This document shows positions 1 to 10,229 of a DNA stretch of 64,000 nt, one piece after another. Positions within the stretch are counted from its first letter, which is position 1, and every line of letters starts with the position of its first letter. Origin of the DNA: Raja brachyura (taxonomy: Eukaryota); NCBI GenBank assembly GCA_963514005.1, contig OY740805.1, positions 42,408,001 to 42,472,000 of the forward strand. Reading direction: 5' to 3'. Under the pieces are notes generated by a model. That model was not told the origin of the DNA. It made no database searches and worked only from the letters and a program-made list of their open reading frames with translations. The translations under genes and the position numbers were made by a program.

Positions 1-421
1 GACATGAGCGAAGCCGGCGAACGGCAGGTGAGAGATGGGGGTTACACAAAAAGCTGGAGAAACTCAGCTGCAGGTTCAGCAGCATCTAAGGGGCGAAGGA
101 GATAGGCGACGTTTCGGGTTGAGACCCTTCTTCAGACTGAGTCGGAATTTAAAGATTTGCGGGAAGCCGGCCGGCGAGCGGCAGGTGAGAGATGTTCAGA
201 CTAAGTCTGAAGAAGGGTCTCGACCCGAAATGTCGCCTATCTCCTTCGCCGTCTGAACATCTCTCACCTGCCGTTCGCTGGCTTCGCTTATGTCAACCGC
301 GCCCCGCAAATCCTTAAATTCCCACAGCCAAGTAACCTAAACTGGACCCGTGAACGCGCTGTCGGAATTTAAAGATTTGCGGGAAGCCGGCCGGCGAGCG
401 GCAGGTGAGAGATGTTCAGAC
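1..421. repeat. Complex direct/inverted repeat block containing two oppositely oriented hammerhead-like cores
   Basis: 141-201 is repeated directly at 361-421 and inverted (diverged) at ~251-320; ~95-140 and ~203-250 are inverted copies of each other. Confidence 0.8.
105..138 (-). ncRNA. Minimal type-I hammerhead-ribozyme-like motif within a dispersed repeat
   Basis: Minus strand reads CTGAAGA-AGGGTCTCAACCC-GAAAC-GTC: CUGANGA box, stem II, GAAA box and palindromic ACGU stem III. Stem I pairing is weak and activity is untested. Confidence 0.5.
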
Positions 422-1238
422 GGAGAGCACTGCCAGAGGTGAGTGGGGACCAGCAGAAGGGGCTGAAGTGGCAGGGTCCCGGCGGCCACTCGCAGTCACC
501 CGAGCTGCTTCCTTCCGCGGAAGTGGCGGCCAGTTCTGCTGTCCATGCCCGGAGTGCTGCGGCTACCACCCGAGCTGATCCACTCCCCGGCCACAATAAA
601 ACCATATGGCAATACAGCACGGGAACAGGCCATCTCGGCCCTTTTAGTCCGTGCCGAACATTTACTCTCCCCTAGTCCCATCTCACCTGCACTCAGACCG
701 GAGCGTAGCAAGTGGGTTACTGACCCCGATCCCCTCCTTCACAACGCCAGACTGCCCAAACACTGTGAGCGGAGCTCTCCCCCCACCCCGGGAACTGCAG
801 TATTTAAAAACATAAAGCACAAAGAAATGCACTTACCACATTATTGGTACATTAAGTCCATTCTCCATTTGTTTGCTAAGATACTATTAAAATAATGGCA
901 ATCCATATTTGAACATCCCGCCAAGAAACTCGCGATGCGCATGCGCAGAAAGATGATGCACATGCGCAGTGCTGCAAAGGCAGAATTTCTGCTGCCTTCA
1001 GCTCCCATTGAATCTGACGGCTTCAGGCAGCGCTGACGGCACGGGGGCTGCACAGAGCTTCCCGTGTTACAAGCGCTGCGGGTGAAAGGCACGGAGAATG
1101 ATGCCTACCTAAGAGATCGATCTCTTAGACAGGCATCATTCTCCCATGCCTTTACTATTTATATTTAAAAATTGCCATTTCATAATTTTAGTCAGGGTAG
1201 GCAGTGCCTACCTTGCCTACCCTGACGGCACGTGCCTG

Positions 1239-1570
1239 ATATATACACACACACACGCGCGCGCACACACACACATATATATATATTTAATGAGAGAGAG
1301 GGGAGGGGGTGAGAGACCATGGGGGAGAGAGAGAGAAAAGAGAGAGAGGAGAGAAATGAGAGGAGAGAGAGAAATAAGAGAGAGAGAGAGAGCGGGATAG
1401 AGTGGGGGAGAGAGAGAGTGGAATGAGAGAGTGAGAAATGAGAGAGAGAGAGAGAGAGTGGGATAGTGAGGGAGAGAGTGGAATGAGAGAGAGTGAGAAA
1501 TGAGAGAGAGAGTGGGATAGTGAGGGAGAGTGAGAGAGAGACAGAGATAGATAGAGAGACAGATATGGAG
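1239..1570. repeat. Compound (TA)/(CA)/(GA)-rich microsatellite
   Basis: Direct inspection. Confidence 0.95.
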
Positions 1571-1923
1571 AGATTGTACTCTATCACACACGGCATCAGA
1601 CCGGTCTCTTCACACCGAAGATCCTACAGTTTGCTGCAGGAACTGTGCTTCACTCTCCACCACACGCGGCATCAGACCTCACGGTCACTTCACTCTGTCC
1701 GTCCGTCCGTCCCCGGGTCCAACCGCCAACCGTTTGAATTCCAACCGCCCAACCGCCGCCCCCTGACCACGTGACCGCTCGGCCCAGATCACGCCCGGTC
1801 CACGCGACAGTTGCAGCGCGACCACCCACTGTTGCCTGGCAACACGCCTCAGCCCCACGCTCACTCACGCTCACACACACACACACAGAGACACACTCAC
1901 ACACCCACACACAACTCACCCAG

Positions 1924-2067
1924 NNNNNNNNNNNNNNNNNNNNNNNNNNNNNNNNNNNNNNNNNNNNNNNNNNNNNNNNNNNNNNNNNNNNNNNNNNNNN
2001 NNNNNNNNNNNNNNNNNNNNNNNNNNNNNNNNNNNNNNNNNNNNNNNNNNNNNNNNNNNNNNNNNNN
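1924..2067. other. Assembly gap (N run)
   Basis: N run. Confidence 1.
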
Positions 2068-2166
2068 ACACATACATTAACATGGGCCGCGGAAGGCTGC
2101 TTTCTCCAACCACTCCCATTTGAGGTCACTATCTTCCACCGCTTCTACCCAGTGCTTGCTACCTAC

Positions 2167-2317
2167 TTCCAGCAGCCACTGGTTGTCCTCCAGGATGTAC
2201 CGAGCCGCAGCCTGGTCCATGCCGGTCACCAGGGCGAATTGGGCGCAGAGACTCTCTCTCACGGCAGCGGCGCAACGTCTCCGACGGCCCGGGACTCGTG
2301 CACTGAGGCTGCTCCAT
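2167..2317 (-). CDS. TDP2: Tyrosyl-DNA phosphodiesterase 2-like coding exon 1 (N-terminal UBA-like region), with apparent frameshift
   Basis: RESLCAQFALVTGMDQAAARYILEDNQWLLE resembles the human TDP2 N-terminus (RRLLCVEFASVASCDAAVAQCFLAENDWEME, from recall) and ends at a GTAGGT donor (2166-2161). The ATG at 2317 (ccATGG) is out of frame with it. No further exons were recognised in 1-2166. Confidence 0.75.
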
Positions 2318-2328
2318 GGAAACCGTCA

Positions 2329-2914
2329 ACACCCGGCCCCGCGCACCAACCCTGTCACGTGACACACCCGGCCCCGCGCACCAACCCTGTCACGTGACAC
2401 ACCCGGCCCCACGCGCCAACCCTGTCACGTGACAAACCCGGCCCCGCGCACCAACCCTGTCACGTGACACACCCGGCCCCGCGCACCAACCCTGTCACGT
2501 GACACACCGGCCCCACGCACCAACCCTGTCACGTGACACACCCGGCCCCTCGCACCAACCCTGTCACGTGACACACCCGGCCTCGCGCACCAACCCTGTC
2601 ACGTGACACACCCGGCCTCGCGCACCAACCCTGTCACGTGACACACCCGGCCTCGCGCACCAACCCTGTCACGTGACACACCCGGCCCCACGCCCCAACC
2701 CTGTCACGTGACACACCCGGCCCCGAGCACCAACCCTGTCACGTGACACACCCGGCCCCACGCACCAACCCTGTCACGTGACACACCCGGCCCCACGCAC
2801 CAACCCTGTCACGTCACACACCAGCCCCACGCGCCAACCCTGTCACGTGACACACCGGCACCAACCCTGTCACGTGACACACCCGGCCCCGCGCGCCAAC
2901 CCTGTCACGTGACA
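2329..2914. repeat. 35-bp minisatellite (ACACCCGGCCCCGCGCACCAACCCTGTCACGTGAC), 17 units, each with an E-box/CLEAR-type palindrome
   Basis: GTCACGTGAC starts at 2354, 2389, 2424, 2459, 2494, 2528, 2563, 2598, 2633, 2668, 2703, 2738, 2773, 2808 (variant), 2842, 2869 and 2904. Degenerate units continue at ~4787-4832. Confidence 0.95.
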
Positions 2915-4786
2915 GGCAGTGGCGAGTGGAGTGCCCTGAGGCTCGGTGTTGGGGCCGCAACAGTTTACCATATATATTAATGATTTGGAAGAGGGAATTA
3001 GGAGCAACACTAGCAAGTTTGCGGATGACACAAAGCTGGGTGGCAGTGTGAACTGTGAAGAGGATGTTAGGAGGTTGCAGGGTGACCTGGACAGGTTGAG
3101 TGACTGGGCAGATGTGTGGCAGATGCAGTATAATATAGATAAATGTGAGGTGTCCACTTTGGTGGCAAAAACAAGGGGGCAGATTATTATCTCAATGGGG
3201 TTAGGTTGGGTAAGGGGGGGGGGGGGGTGCAGCGAGACCTGGGCGTCCTTGTACACCGGTCACTGAAAGTTGGCGTACAGGTACAGCAGGCAGTGAAGAA
3301 AGCTAATGGAATGTTGCCCTTCATAACAAGATAATTTCAGTATAGGATTAAAGACGTTCTTCTGTAGTTGTATAGGGCTCTGGTGAGACCACATCTGGAG
3401 TATCGTCTACAGTTTAGGTCTCCTAATTTGAGGAAGGACATCCTTGTGATTGAGCCAGTGCAGCATAGGTTCACGTGATTGATCCCTGGGATGGTGCAAC
3501 TGTCATACAAGGAAAGATTGAAAAGGCTGGGCTTGTATTCACTGAAGTTTAGAAGTATGAGTGGGGATCTTATAGAAACATATAAAATTATAAAAAGGAG
3601 TGGACAAGCTAGATGCAGGAAAAATAGGGGCGTTGCACGTAAGGTCACTGGGTCATAGGGCTTGACGCACGGAGCCACTCAATCCATCTGGAGGACATCG
3701 CAGCTTCCGGTATATGTTGTTAATACACGAAACGTGTACTTTCTTACCTGTTAAAAACCGCCAAAATATTGGATTTTTGGGCTGTAAAATATTGTGGAAA
3801 TCGGAGTAATCGTGAGAGACACATACCCAACTTCACAATTCCAAACGTGAAGCGAAATGAAGGTAAAGAGAGGCGAGATCTGAAGGGACAACAACAGCTA
3901 AAGTGCTTGGCGAACATTGGCCGTGCAGATATGGAAATAGAAAATATTGGGAATTATCGCGTTTGCTCGCTGCATTTCATCAACAGGAAGGCATTATTTG
4001 TGGTTTTTCTTGATTCCTTTGGTATCTAAAACCTCTCAGAAGTGATAAATCTGGCTGTAAATTGCTTCAGAGGCGTTTTCATTTTGTATGTAAAAACCCT
4101 CTTGAGAGCCATGGGCGATTTTAAAATTTTACAGCCAGATTTATCACTTCTGAAACTTTTTGGATGGCAAAGAAATCAAGAAAAACTCCACAAATAATGC
4201 CTTACTGTTGATGAAATGCAATGAGCAAACGGCCAATGTTCGCCAAGCACTTTGGCTGTTGTTGTCCCTTCAGCTCTCGCTTCTATCAACCATCATCTCG
4301 CCTCACTTTTGGAATTCTGAAGTAGGCTAAATGTCTCTCACGCTTATCCCGATTTCCATAATTATTTACAGCGCAAAAATTGACAATTTCGGCGGGTTTT
4401 AACAGGCTTTAGCAACAGTACGGGTCATGGGTCGTGACCCGACTGCCGTGCAACCTCCCTATGTTCCCAATGTTGGGCGAGTCCAGAACCAGGGGCCACA
4501 GTCTTAGAATAAACGGGAGGCCATTTAAGATTGAGGTGAGAAAACACTTTTTCACCCAGAGAGTTGTGAATTTGTGGAATTCGCTGTCACAGAGGGCAGT
4601 GGAGGCCAAGTCACTGGATGGATTTAAGAGGGAGTTAGATAGAGCTCCAGGAGCTAGTGGAATCAAGGGATATGGGAAGAAGGCAGGCACGGGTTATTGA
4701 TTGTGGACGATCAGCCATGATCACATTGAATGGCAGTGCTGGCTTGAAGGGCCGAATGGCCTCCTGCACCTATTTTCTATGTTTCT
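2915..4786 (+). mobile_element. 5'-truncated CR1 LINE, interrupted by a DNA transposon
   Basis: RT motifs (SGVP.GSVLGP, FADDTKLGG), ORF2 C-terminus (RTRGHSLRI...RVVNLWNSL), 3' tail TTCTATGTTTCT and candidate TSD ACGTGACA (2907-2914 / 4787-4794). Confidence 0.9.
3626..4460. mobile_element. Non-autonomous foldback DNA transposon (ISL2EU/Harbinger-like) with THAP-domain remnant
   Basis: Termini AGGGGCGTTGCACG / CGTGCAACCTCCCT, flanking AT duplication that restores the CR1 sequence GGAAAAATGTTCCC, long internal inverted arms, and ORF 3769-4029 with a THAP-like pattern (YCGNRS...FTIP...YRVCSLHF). Confidence 0.8.
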
Positions 4787-4974
4787 ACGTGACATACCGC
4801 GCACCAACCCTGTCACGTTACAGACCCGGCCTCTGACGTGGGTTCTGTCATACACCGATTAGCCACTAGGTGCCGCTACAGGGTGACGTTTCGGGTCGAG
4901 ATCCTTCAGACTGCGAATCATGGGAGATGGAGTCAGAGATATGGAAGGGTTAGGTGTGAAGAAGAGAAATCAAA

Positions 4975-5210
4975 GTCTGTGGAATTCTCTGCCTCAGAGG
5001 GCGGTGGAAGCCGGTTCTTTGGATACTTTCAAGAGGGAGCTAAATAGGGCTCTTATGGAAGTATAGAGAGCTGAATAGCGGAGTCAGGGGATATGGGGAG
5101 AAGGCAGGAACGGGGTACTGATTGGGGATGATCAGCCATGATCACATTGAATGGCGGAGCTGTCTCGAAGGGCTGAATGGCCTACTCCTGCACCTATTGT
5201 TTATTGTCTA
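4975..5210 (+). mobile_element. CR1 3'-end fragment
   Basis: CTGTGGAATTCTCTGCC...GGGGATATGGGGAGAAGGCAGG...CCTACTCCTGCACCTATT matches other CR1 3' ends in the window. Confidence 0.8.
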
Positions 5211-5473
5211 ATGTCTAAAGGGGACGCGGACCAAGGAAAATGTAGAACGGATCATTGTCAGCTAAAGGAGAAGGTGACAACGAGGAGATGGGGCGGTAAC
5301 GCGGCGCTACCCGGTGACCCAACCATTGATCGTTGGAGTTCCCATCGCTGCTCGCTGTGGCTCTTCAGGCACCAGGCATCCTCTGCTGCTCACTGACCCG
5401 ACACACGGAAAGCCCTTTCCATGCCAGATTACACGTGTAACAATCGTGTTTACCGATTACGTCCCGATTGCAG

Positions 5474-5758
5474 GATTTAGACTACGGCCTCGGATCCGCT
5501 TGGAGGAAAGCACCACGCAAGGAGTGGGTGTGGTGTGTAAATCGGATGGATGGTTTCCCAAGCCGGAGATACGGTGGCTGGATGGGAGTGGACAAGGTGT
5601 GACAGCACGGTCTGACACACTGTTCACTGAGGACTCCAGCGGGCTGATCACTGTCCACAGTCACATCGATGTAACAAGTGATTCTGTGAACAGGTATTCC
5701 TGTTACATACGAAATAAAAGACTGGGCGAAACACGAGAGGCCCATCTCCAGATATCAA
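5474..5758 (+). CDS. Butyrophilin-like gene A, IgC exon
   Basis: ttgcag acceptor and gtatgt donor; 285 nt, phase 1-1, open; VVCKSDGWFPKPEIRW...YSCYI is a B7/BTN-family IgC signature. Confidence 0.85.
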
Positions 5759-6044
5759 GTATGTGGGAACCTGGATAACCATCTATAAAAGAGAGAAGTT
5801 GGCACACGGAAATGCAGGAGGCATACACTCAGTAAACTCAGTAACCTTTCCCTCTCTCGGTACCGCCACACCCTAGTTCTTCGACTAGTTTCACCGTCCT
5901 GAATAATTTTGCTGATTGTATGCCTCATTGTCACCATCCCCTCCGCTAACAATGAACCATTCTACATTTCCTTGTTCAACGTCTGCTTTGATCTGTCGTT
6001 TTCACACTTTACCCTTCTATATCTCTAGTCTCCCTTCACCCGAC

Positions 6045-6185
6045 TCTCAGTCTGAAGAAGGGCCTCGACCCGAAAGGTCACCCGTCCCTTCTCTCCTGAG
6101 ATGCTGCCTGACCCGCCGAGTTACTCCCGCATTTTGTGTCTATCTGCGGTGTTCACCTGCATCTGCAGTTCCCTCCTACACACAG
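6045..6185 (+). mobile_element. Dispersed repeat with degenerate hammerhead-like core
   Basis: CTGAAGAAGGGCCTCGACCCGAAAGGTCACCC...GAGATGCTGCCTGACCCGCCGAGTTACTCC; related copies at ~45-250, 16285-16375, 19270-19340, 21880-21995 and 31383-31475. Confidence 0.7.
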
Positions 6186-7301
6186 GGTCTATAACAGATT
6201 AGGTGTGGGATACCTCAGGAATGAACCCTAACATTCGGCAAGTGATGGGCAGCTGGGGCTGGTTGTTGATGCAGTGGATGGGGAGATGGGGTTATTGACT
6301 CGTTGCCGCTGGGAGGAGACTACTAGTGCGTTGGGACTCCCGCTCCTCCTGTCTTAGTGGGAGCAAGTTCAATGCCTTTCCAGACTGTCCCAATGAGGAA
6401 ACAAGGAATTGCAGATGCTGGTTCAGAATAAAAGACCCCCCCCCCCCCACCCCCCCACCCCCCACCCACCCCACCACCCCACAAACATCAGTCATCTCCA
6501 TCAACTTATTCAAATGCCCGTGACAGGGGCGAGATCGGAACCGGAAGTTTGCTGCGGTGCTGTGACATTACTGAAGATGAAATCTACACATTATTTTATG
6601 ATATGGATGCCCCGTGTTTCATGTCGGTTCATAGCAGCGGCTGAGATCTCAGTAAACACGCTATTTGTGTGAGTTGGTTCTTGTGCGAGTTACTTGGACA
6701 CATCACTCACTAGACGGCCAGCCTGTGAAGTGATACGAACCCTTCCTATCCTGGCCCTGCTTAATGAGAAGATCGACCTTTATCATTCGAAACCTCTGTC
6801 CCCGTGACACCCGTTGGCGGGGATAGCGGTCGAGGGCGCTTCCCAGATCGGCGCACATTTCACCAGAGAAAGGGTTCTGAAACTGGCTTGCCAGACAAAA
6901 TGCTACTGGTAAAATATAAACTCAAACTACCTCCAAACCTTTCCTATCCGCATCCCTATCCAATTGTATTTTTAATTATATTATAGTACCTGCCTCAACT
7001 ACCTCCTCTGGCAGCTGGTTCCATATTCCCATCACCCTTTGTGTGAAAACGTTGCCCCTGAGATTTGCATTAAATCTTGCCCCCCTCACCTTAAGCCTGC
7101 GCCCTCTAATTCTTGATTATACTGGGTAAAAGATTGTGCACTCACCCTCTCTATTCACGTCATGGTTTAGCACACCTCTATAAGATCACCCTTCAGCCTC
7201 CTGCTTTCCAAGGAATTAAGTCAACCGGCCGAATATCTCGCTGTAGCTCCGGATCTCAAGCGCTGGGACATCTGATACGAGTGTACGCATTTCCCTTCTA
7301 G

Positions 7302-7430
7302 ATCTGTTCGTCAATAAAGTTAACCAGTTCAACATCTGCGTGCCGATATTCTGGGTGTTTGCCCACCTTGTGGTCACAGCTGCTGCTTTCAATATAATGA
7401 TCCACAGATACGAAGACAAAAAGATTCAAG
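7302..7430 (+). CDS. Butyrophilin-like gene A, transmembrane exon
   Basis: ttcccttctag acceptor and gtgaga donor; 129 nt, phase 1-1; translates (N)LFVNKVNQFNICVPIFWVFAHLVVTAAAFNIMIHRYEDKKIQ (hydrophobic stretch followed by charged residues). Not in the ORF track. Confidence 0.7.
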
Positions 7431-9109
7431 GTGAGAAGGGGCGCTGGGGAATGAGCGGGTGATCTTATAGAGATGTACACATTCGTGAAGGGATTAGATA
7501 AGGTGAGTGCACAGAGTATTTTACCATGGGCAGTGAATCACGAATTAGAAGGCATCATCTTACGGTGAGCGGGGAAAGATTTAATACAAACCTTAAGGGC
7601 GATGTTTTCTCATCGAGGGTGATGGGTGAAGCCGCCAAGGGAAGATGCCCTGGCGTATGGAATAATGGGATAGAGCCATTGGGAAGGATGTGTTTCCATG
7701 AACTGTCAGACCAATAACTAGGGACAATAGGTTGAAGGTTCTGGGCAGGAGGATTAGAGGTGATCTGGGGAAATTACTTCAACCCAAAGGGTGTTGAAAG
7801 TATGCAGATCCATGGGCATGTTCGGCAAGTAGTTTAGATAGTGCACTCGTTTACTGTCAACAGTGTCTGAATCCAGAGAGCACCGCTGTGCTCTGTCTGT
7901 GCGCAGTGACTGACTCCGTGGTCCACCTTCCACTAATCCTAGTGTCATGTTCGGCACAGACATTGTGGGCCAAAGAGCCTGTTCCTGTGCTGCATCGTTC
8001 TATCTTCCTCTTCTAATCCACTCGCCACCAAGTCTCTCGTTCTTTCCATCCTTCTCACCTTTCAAACCGCAGTTGGATGGACTGTGTTTACTCATTTTAT
8101 GTCTTGGAAACCCTTAGTGAACGAAATTTAAAAAAATGTTCTTATTAATTTATCTCAAACAGAATTGGATACATAATTATTCTATGCTGTGAATGTCTGA
8201 ATACAATTTGGAAGAAACCTACATGAAAAGCCAACTGTGTTTCAGTGAAATTTGCAAATATACACCCAGATTATGGTTTACTTGGGACAAATTCTTCTTG
8301 CCTCTTTGCAGTTCCCTTATTTTAACATCGGGAAATCATGAGTCTCAGGCGGTATTAAAAGGGGCTGAAGATGCAGCCTTGAGAAACAACAACGTTGAGA
8401 ATTGTCATGGAGAATGCTCTGTTGCCTGTCCTTACTGATTACAGTCTGGGCGTCAGGAAGAGCTCTCTCTCTGCGGCTTCCGCCCAGCTTGCTTCAAGAT
8501 GTTCGGCTGGATGGTTAGAGATGAATAGACCATTTGATCTGTGCTGTTATTGTGGATTGTAACCTATCTTGTAGACATTTTCATTTCTACTTTGAATCAT
8601 CCATCAGCAAACAATGAAAGTTTTGAAGTGTAGTATTTCTGGATTTATGCAAGTTATGATGATATGGATATTTAATTTGGCAAGTACAGACAATTCTGCA
8701 TCAGAATACTCTGTACTATTTCACATTCTATTCCGGCTCACAGAGCCATCCCATTCTGCCACTAATGTTTTGTGACCCATTCGATGAAGCGTTATTGTCA
8801 CATGTACCTCGGTACAGTGACGTTGCTCTCCTCTTTATCCCTCTTGCTCACGCTTGCACTGTCACTTTCGTCTCCACCGCTACCTCTCTCACTTCCTACC
8901 ACCGTTCCTCCACTCCGCCACCCACCCAACTTGCTCGCCCCCGTGCCTCGCGCTCTTTTACTTCCCATCGTTGCCCCTCTTTCTTCTCAAAATCCTGGTA
9001 TCCCATTTCTCCCCCGCTGCATCCTCTGCCCAATCCGCTCCACAACGCTCTTCCCCTTTCTCACCCCACCTGCCGTGTCCTCTGCCGCTCAACCCACCAC
9101 TGCTATTTC

Positions 9110-9402
9110 GGGCGCCACAGTGGAGCAGAGGGTAGAGCTGCTGCCTCACAGCGCCTGAGAACGGGTTCCATCCTGACTACGGGTGCTGCCGGTGTGGAGT
9201 TTTTACATTCTCCCCGTGACCGCGTTGGTTATCTCCAGGTGTCCTGGTTCACTCCCACACTACAAAGATGATTTTTTAATTTGAGGATCAATTGTCTACT
9301 GTAAATTGTCCCACGTTGTAAGATACTGTTAGTGTACGGGGTGATCGTTGGGCGGTGCGGACTCGGTGGGCCGAAGGGCCTGTTTTATGCTGTATCTCTA
9401 AA
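9110..9402 (+). mobile_element. tRNA-derived SINE (HE1/V-SINE-like)
   Basis: A-box-like GTGGAGCAGAGGGTAGAG, B-box-like GGTTCCATCC, core TTCTCCCCGTGACCGCGT and CR1-like 3' end GGGCCGAAGGGCCTGTT. Confidence 0.75.
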
Positions 9403-9678
9403 GTGACGCTCCCCTGCCCATTTGTACTCCCCCTTCTCACCCTTGCCGCACGGGTCGACGCACCCCGTTCTCATTCTGCTCAGCCCCAGTTGCTCTTCCC
9501 AGCAGCTCGCCCTCCTGCCCTTGACACGTCCACTCCCCCCTCGCTCCACATCCCCCCGGACCCACCTGCCCCTCACTCTGTCCTTCAATCCCACTCGGAC
9601 CTCTCTCAGTCCCGGGGCCGCGCTGCTGGCGTCTCGCCCCGACCACCGGGGACTCTGATTCTCTGTTTCTCCCCCCAG

Positions 9679-10229
9679 TCTCCGTCACCCTGGATGTGGA
9701 AACAGTGCATACGCGGCTCGAGGTGTCTAAGGATCGCGAGGGGGTGAGAAATATCGGGATCGAGAGGAGTCTCCCTGACACTGAGAAGAGGTTTACATAC
9801 TGGTCTTCTCTCCTGGGATCGGAGGGATTCACATCGGGGAGACGTTACTGGGAGGTGGAGGTGGCGGGGAGTCGGGGCTGGTGTCTGGGAGTCGCCGCCG
9901 AGTCTGTGGATAGGAAGGTGACGGTGAAACTGACCCCGGAGAATGGAGTCTGGTCCCTGGAGCGCTCGGGAGACAGGTTTTATGTAAACGGTTTACCGGA
10001 ATCCAATCTCCCCATCCGTCCCATCCCCGGGAGGGTGGGAGTTTATCTCAGTTACGAGTCTGGGAAAGTTTCATTCTACGACGCGGACACCAAGTCCTTT
10101 CTCTACTCCTTCATTAGGAATAAATTCACGGGGAAACTTTATCCTTTCTTCGCCACTTGGGACATAAACCATTTACTGAGAATCTGCCAGGGACTGGCGT
10201 CAGGTGCGCGGGCCATGACTGTGGGATAG
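9679..10229 (+). CDS. B30.2 (PRY/SPRY) terminal exon, probably of butyrophilin-like gene A
   Basis: tttctccccccag acceptor (phase 1); SVTLDVET, SEGFTSGRRYWEVEV, WCLGVA, RVGVYLSYESGKVSFY and LYPFF motifs; open to TAG at 10229. Confidence 0.9.

Noticed and set aside
1146-1774. ORFs over the GA/CA microsatellite (also 12931-13427)
   Set aside because: Low-complexity translations of simple repeats.
2329-2914. CRISPR-like palindromic repeats
   Set aside because: Inter-palindrome sequences are near-identical (tandem minisatellite), the context is eukaryotic and there are no cas genes.
8163-8176. Possible short exon ELDT* after the gene A TM exon
   Set aside because: Plausible acceptor (ctcaaacag) but no donor or homology support.
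9110-9185. tRNA gene
   Set aside because: The A/B boxes belong to a SINE head repeated several times in the window; no cloverleaf or anticodon arm.
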